Shown here: positions 52,754-57,307 of the stretch, one piece after another
Layout: every line of letters starts with the position of its first letter
How positions within the stretch are numbered: the first letter of the stretch is position 1
DNA from: a virus
Taxonomy: Duplodnaviria; Caudoviricetes
Reading direction: 5' to 3' (one strand)
Virus record (IMG/VR): IMGVR_UViG_3300007510_000008
Coordinates: 1-57,307 of that record
Length of the DNA stretch: 57,307 nucleotides
The notes under the pieces: model-generated
Databases searched by the model: none
What the model saw: the letters and a program-made list of their open reading frames with translations, nothing else
What the model was told of the DNA's origin: nothing
Translations under genes and position numbers: made by a program

Positions 52754-55700
52754 AGAAGAACGCCTAGCGCAAGAGCAATTGCGAGTTACTGAGGATCGTC
52801 TAGATTCTGAGACAAAACTCGCGCGAGTTACTGAGGATCGTCTAGATTCTGAGACAAAACTCGCAGATGCCTTTGAGCGTCTAGCTACAGAAATGTCTAA
52901 CGCAGATTTTAAGAAACCTTCAAGAGATCTTCAAAGTGCGGTACAGAATCTAGCGGACGAGCTAGGCGGTTTTAATCTTGATGGGGTCTATGACGAAGTA
53001 GTTGAGGGGGCCAAGAGTCAGGTATCAAAAATGCGTACCAAGTTTCAGGAAGTTAACGCGAAGTACGCAACTTTTTTGCTCAAAGCTCAATCAACTATCA
53101 CAGACGTATTCACTTCTCTAAGTAGCGGTTTAGAAAAGTTTAACGCGGGTGAAAGCTTAGGTGACATCTTCATGGCAGAAGCCGAGAAATTTGGTTTCTC
53201 GATGGATAAATTCAATGTAATGTCAGATAAGTTAGCAGGGATTAACGTACCCGAGATTCCTGTAGAAGAAGAGGTCAGTCCATTAGCTTCTGCTATTGAC
53301 GGGAAAGACTTCGAAGCGAATTTCGACATGCTTGGCGGTAAGGAGTCACAGAAAAAGCTTGGCAAGATGGGTAAGCTAAACGACAAGGTTCAGAAGCGTT
53401 TCGGTGGAATGCCTAAGAAGATCGCAGGACTCACGAAGAAGTTTGCTAAGTTCATCCCGATTGCAGGACTCGTTGTGGGTGCTACAGCGGCTCTCATTCC
53501 CGCCTTTGTAAAATTGGAGCGTGTTGTTGATGACGTTGTAGAGATTATCAAGGACTTGGGGCAGATTGGTTTTGACAAGGTTTCGGATGGTATTGATTTC
53601 TTCCTTGAACAGATGTCTCGAAATATTAGCGGTGAAGCCACAAAAGTAGCTTTTGGTGCTACTGCTGCCAGTTTGAAGAAGCTTATCGAAGCCAAGGACA
53701 TGGATCTTGTAGGAATCAGAAACAACCTTGCTGAGTTTGCGGAAGTATCAAAGATAGGCGTGCAGGGAGCAAGAGATTTCACTCAAGGCTTGATCTTGTT
53801 AGGTAAGGATGAAAATGAAATCGCGGAGTTCCAAAAGTCATGGATGAATAAGCTTCGAATCACAGGAGCTAATGCCGAGGAATCTACTGCAATCCTTACC
53901 AACCTCATGGCAGACGGGTTGATTAAAACAAAGAATCAGATTGGTGGTTTTGCTGACCTAATTGCTGCTACAGCGGGATCTGTTCGTCCCGAGGCAGCGG
54001 AGGGTATCTTCAGTTCCCTTTCCGATATGCAGTCGGGTATCATGAAGCAAGAATTCAGCGCGGCAGAAGGCATGCTTAGGGATACCTTTGGTGCGATGAG
54101 CTTTGAAGAAATCGACTCTATCATGAGTGGATCAGCAGAAGGTATGGGAGTCTTTTTGAAGAAGATTGACACACTCGATACCGCACGACAAATGCGGCTT
54201 GCTGATGAATTTGGTGTGAAGTTGGGCGACCTTCAAGCACTCGCGGCAACTTATGGATATCAGTTAGGTGAGTTGAATTCCCAAACAGAGCAATCAATAG
54301 AACAGATGCTCCGAGAGGACAAGCATCGTAAGGGACTACTAGAGAGATCAAAAGATATTCTTGGTATGATCTTTTCGCCTTTCTTAGATCTACTCCGTCC
54401 AGTTCGTGACGCTCTACACTACGTTCTTGATTTGCTCACTCCTTGGATTCACATACTTGTGGGAATCCTTCGTTTGGTATTTGTACCTATTGGTAAGATC
54501 CTCAGTAAGATCATTGGTCTATTAAGCGCGGCAGCCGCGCCCATGATGGATCTGCTGACTGTTGTCGGTAAGGGTATCGGGGAATTCGCTACTAAAATTG
54601 GTGATGCGATAGACAATGCTATTGACCCCCTTTTGGAGAAGTTCCGAGAGTTCGTTAGCTCTAAGGTCGTTCAGACTATCATTAAACTGTTTAAGGTGCT
54701 ATTCGTAGCAGGAACGAAAACACTTGGTTGGCTATTTATGAAGCTATGGGCTGTGGGTAAACCCCTGGTTAAGTTCCTATGGATTTTGACCTTGCCGATT
54801 CGCTCTCTTATGGGATTCCTTTGGAAAGGAATTAAGTGGTTTGTTGGTATATTTGGTAAAATTGGGGGATGGCTGACTACAATCGGTAGTGTTTTCCAGC
54901 CTATCATTAATATCTTTGTCTGGGTAGGCAACTCAATCAAGGGAATTTTTTCAAAGATAATTAATGGTCTAATCGATTTTGCATCAAAGATTCCTGGCAT
55001 AAATAAGCTTCTTAACCTTGATCAATATCGTATGGAAACTCCTGAGAATATGGTTCCTGAAAGTCATCCCATTATTAAATTGGGTCTGACAGCAAAGGAT
55101 GTTTGGACTTCATTGAAGGTTGAGGCGGCGGGTTGGATTGATGCTATCAAAAATCCCATTAAGGATGCTTGGACTTCATTGAAGGATAGAGTCGCGGGTT
55201 GGATTGATGCTATCAAGAGTCCTTTCCAACCGATCATTAATACCTTTGTCAAGGTAAGCAACTCCATAAGAAATATCTTTGCTAAAATCGTCAACGGACT
55301 CATCGATTTTGCGTCCAAGATCCCTGGCGTTAACAAACTCTTGGGTCTTGAAAAACATCGTATGGAAGTTCCTGAGAGTCTTGGTAAGGGGCATATCCGC
55401 ACCCCTGAAGAAGAACAACTTGCGCGACTTGAACAACTGGAGAAAAGACGTAGGTGGCAGCTATTCCACAAAAAAGATGCGCCGAAACGGGTACTTGATG
55501 ACGAGGCTTGGGCAGATATTGAAAGATTTACAATGCCTTATGATGAAAAATTCAATCCTCAGTATCCCTTTAAGAATAGTGCGATTACGGATGTTATGGA
55601 ACTTAAGAACGAGATTCCTATTACACAGTTTACAGCAGCACCTCCCGCCTCAGTTGCGGTAGCGCAGCAGGAAGTGGCTAAGACGGAGAAAAACGTTGAC

Positions 55701-55874
55701 TCTCGTATTGCAGATAAAGCAAACCGCGATAAGGAGAACGAACTTCTACGCCAGATTCTAGTAACCTTAGAAGCTGACCGCAAGAAGGCATTCGAAATTC
55801 ACAATAGAACAAGCGTTGAAATGGACGGCAAAGAATTTGGACGCGCTATGGCTTCCGCAGCAGGGAGGCAGTAA
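52743..55874 (+). CDS. tape measure protein
   Basis: 1043 aa helical protein with amphipathic and Trp-spaced internal repeats; follows tube and chaperone genes. Confidence 0.85.
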   Translation: MPTREERLAQEQLRVTEDRLDSETKLARVTEDRLDSETKLADAFERLATEMSNADFKKPSRDLQSAVQNLADELGGFNLDGVYDEVVEGAKSQVSKMRTKFQEVNAKYATFLLKAQSTITDVFTSLSSGLEKFNAGESLGDIFMAEAEKFGFSMDKFNVMSDKLAGINVPEIPVEEEVSPLASAIDGKDFEANFDMLGGKESQKKLGKMGKLNDKVQKRFGGMPKKIAGLTKKFAKFIPIAGLVVGATAALIPAFVKLERVVDDVVEIIKDLGQIGFDKVSDGIDFFLEQMSRNISGEATKVAFGATAASLKKLIEAKDMDLVGIRNNLAEFAEVSKIGVQGARDFTQGLILLGKDENEIAEFQKSWMNKLRITGANAEESTAILTNLMADGLIKTKNQIGGFADLIAATAGSVRPEAAEGIFSSLSDMQSGIMKQEFSAAEGMLRDTFGAMSFEEIDSIMSGSAEGMGVFLKKIDTLDTARQMRLADEFGVKLGDLQALAATYGYQLGELNSQTEQSIEQMLREDKHRKGLLERSKDILGMIFSPFLDLLRPVRDALHYVLDLLTPWIHILVGILRLVFVPIGKILSKIIGLLSAAAAPMMDLLTVVGKGIGEFATKIGDAIDNAIDPLLEKFREFVSSKVVQTIIKLFKVLFVAGTKTLGWLFMKLWAVGKPLVKFLWILTLPIRSLMGFLWKGIKWFVGIFGKIGGWLTTIGSVFQPIINIFVWVGNSIKGIFSKIINGLIDFASKIPGINKLLNLDQYRMETPENMVPESHPIIKLGLTAKDVWTSLKVEAAGWIDAIKNPIKDAWTSLKDRVAGWIDAIKSPFQPIINTFVKVSNSIRNIFAKIVNGLIDFASKIPGVNKLLGLEKHRMEVPESLGKGHIRTPEEEQLARLEQLEKRRRWQLFHKKDAPKRVLDDEAWADIERFTMPYDEKFNPQYPFKNSAITDVMELKNEIPITQFTAAPPASVAVAQQEVAKTEKNVDSRIADKANRDKENELLRQILVTLEADRKKAFEIHNRTSVEMDGKEFGRAMASAAGRQ

Positions 55875-55877
55875 ACA

Positions 55878-56483
55878 ATGGACAACCATGCTAAGACGCT
55901 TCTCATTCAGAAAGTCAATAAGCTGCCCGAACGCTTGTCTGGAATGGATCAGGCGTATTTCCCCATCTTTCTGAAAGATGACATTCAGGAAGGTTTCGCG
56001 CCAGGGTGGGATGAAGAACCCATGTATGGGCGCGTGGACTCTGTTGCTAGGTATTCAAACACTAAGCGTACCGTGTCATTTTCGTTCTACGTTTTAGCTC
56101 TTAAGGGAGGAAATCCCCCCGATGGAACGAAACGTAGCGGCGTGATAGATAAAGAAGGGATGATGAGTCCAACTATTAGTGAGTATCTACTCTTTGATGA
56201 TCTTCCTACTTGCGCGGACAAGATAGAATTCCTTCGTTCTTTAACCTATCCCAAGTTTGATAATGGTGTCTACTCTCAGCCGCCCATGATCTACGTTTCT
56301 CTTTCTGAACAGTTTACTGCTGTGAAGGGATATATTACAGACTTATCAATTGTTCACCAAGTTGTTTCAGGAATGGGGTTGGATCTGAACTACAATATCT
56401 TCATGCCTCAAGGGTGGGAAGTTTCAGTTTCCTTGACAATCCTACATAGTACACCACCTTCGACTGAAGGAGTGACATTCTAA
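55878..56483 (+). CDS. baseplate/tube-initiator-like protein
   Basis: W....YGR......YSNTKR.VSFSF, L.SLTYP, PP.I; position after tape measure. Confidence 0.6.
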   Translation: MDNHAKTLLIQKVNKLPERLSGMDQAYFPIFLKDDIQEGFAPGWDEEPMYGRVDSVARYSNTKRTVSFSFYVLALKGGNPPDGTKRSGVIDKEGMMSPTISEYLLFDDLPTCADKIEFLRSLTYPKFDNGVYSQPPMIYVSLSEQFTAVKGYITDLSIVHQVVSGMGLDLNYNIFMPQGWEVSVSLTILHSTPPSTEGVTF

Positions 56484-56812
56484 TGAAACGATATTTTCAG
56501 GACAAAGCTTTTGGTCAGGCATCATGGGTAACAACCAATGAGAAGGTAACGCACACGTTCCCTTTCGACATTGATATCCCAATTGATGAGCGTGACCGCT
56601 ACGTAAAGCTCCGTGAGTACGAATCGCTTTTTTCAGTCGCCCACGAATATCTGGGTGATGAGCATCTATGGTGGGTTCTGATCATTGCCAATAAAAGCAA
56701 AGGTTGGAGGCTTCCTTGGGATGCGGCAGCGCACGACATTATCCGAATCCCCACGTTGACGAAACCCTATCTTGAATCCCTCAAGGCGTACTTCGCAAGC
56801 AAAGGTAACTAA
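56483..56812 (+). CDS. baseplate wedge protein (gp53/LysM-like)
   Basis: SL..VAHEYLGDEHLWWVLIIAN...IRIP. Confidence 0.75.
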   Translation: MKRYFQDKAFGQASWVTTNEKVTHTFPFDIDIPIDERDRYVKLREYESLFSVAHEYLGDEHLWWVLIIANKSKGWRLPWDAAAHDIIRIPTLTKPYLESLKAYFASKGN

Positions 56813-57307
56813 TGCCAGTATATGAGAAGGGAAAAAGTCCAATGGACCTTATGAATAGGCTCCCCCTCCTTCGACTAAAAGAGTCGAGCGGTGAAGGGAA
56901 TACTCCTATTCAAAGCGGTTTTGGGTACGACTCTTATGGCGAAGGAATCAAGCCTCAGTTGCACTCGAAAGACTACAGAGGAACGATCTACGTTACTAGC
57001 TTTAGTGGGAGCCATAGACGCGATTCAACTTCAACGTATGAGATCACGTTAAGGGCTGAAACACTTGATTGGATTCGCTCTGCATTCCTACAACGTAACA
57101 AGGAGTGGGAATTAACCTATGGCTGGACGGATGACAATATTACGTTCAAAGTCAAAACCACTACTATCGGCGTGAAGTTTGACTCTCAGTTCGGAGGGTT
57201 CGAACTTACGTTGGGTCTTGCCACAGATGGAATCGTAAAGCAGTATTCAATCACCCACAAAAATCAAGCATTGCAAAAGGGCATCCAAGGAAATAAGGGC
57301 GCATTGG
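56812..57307 (+). CDS. 5' part of probable baseplate hub protein (truncated by window edge)
   Basis: ATG overlaps the upstream TAA; open to the window end; contains ELTYGW. Confidence 0.55.
   Translation, partial: MPVYEKGKSPMDLMNRLPLLRLKESSGEGNTPIQSGFGYDSYGEGIKPQLHSKDYRGTIYVTSFSGSHRRDSTSTYEITLRAETLDWIRSAFLQRNKEWELTYGWTDDNITFKVKTTTIGVKFDSQFGGFELTLGLATDGIVKQYSITHKNQALQKGIQGNKGAL

Noticed and set aside
326-55783. Minus-strand and nested ORFs in the ORF track
   Set aside because: They are shadows of + strand genes or tRNAs, with no RBS or recognisable motifs.
1-57307. Stop-codon reassignment
   Set aside because: TAA, TAG and TGA all terminate full-length conserved genes, and core genes are uninterrupted.

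Overview
This window is part of a large lytic T4-like (contractile-tailed) bacteriophage genome. All credible genes are on the + strand and use the standard code. (1) 0.3-6.8 kb: an array of 12 tRNA genes interleaved with a Ro60/TROVE-vWA gene, a YkuK-type RNase H-like gene, a radical SAM gene, a stray neck-protein paralog and several unannotated structured RNAs. (2) 6.9-18.6 kb: replication, recombination and nucleotide genes (gp32-like SSB, UvsX/RecA, 5'-3' exonuclease, DnaB/gp41 helicase, MazG-like protein, class II RNR). (3) 19-28.5 kb: many small putative early ORFs behind near-consensus sigma70 promoters, which are flanked by a 27-bp pseudo-palindromic repeat. (4) 28.8-38 kb: a glycan cluster (epimerase, 6 glycosyltransferases, 3 methyltransferases). 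(5) 38-57 kb: terminase, portal, protease, scaffold, capsid, neck, sheath, tube, a frameshift-linked chaperone pair, tape measure and baseplate genes. The best candidate for an undescribed system is the phage Ro60 together with 3-4 short conserved Y-RNA-like ncRNAs that lack the usual tRNA-like domain. They sit in a tRNA array in which all 12 genes end in CC, never CCA. All calls come from reading the sequence by eye; no database searches were run.
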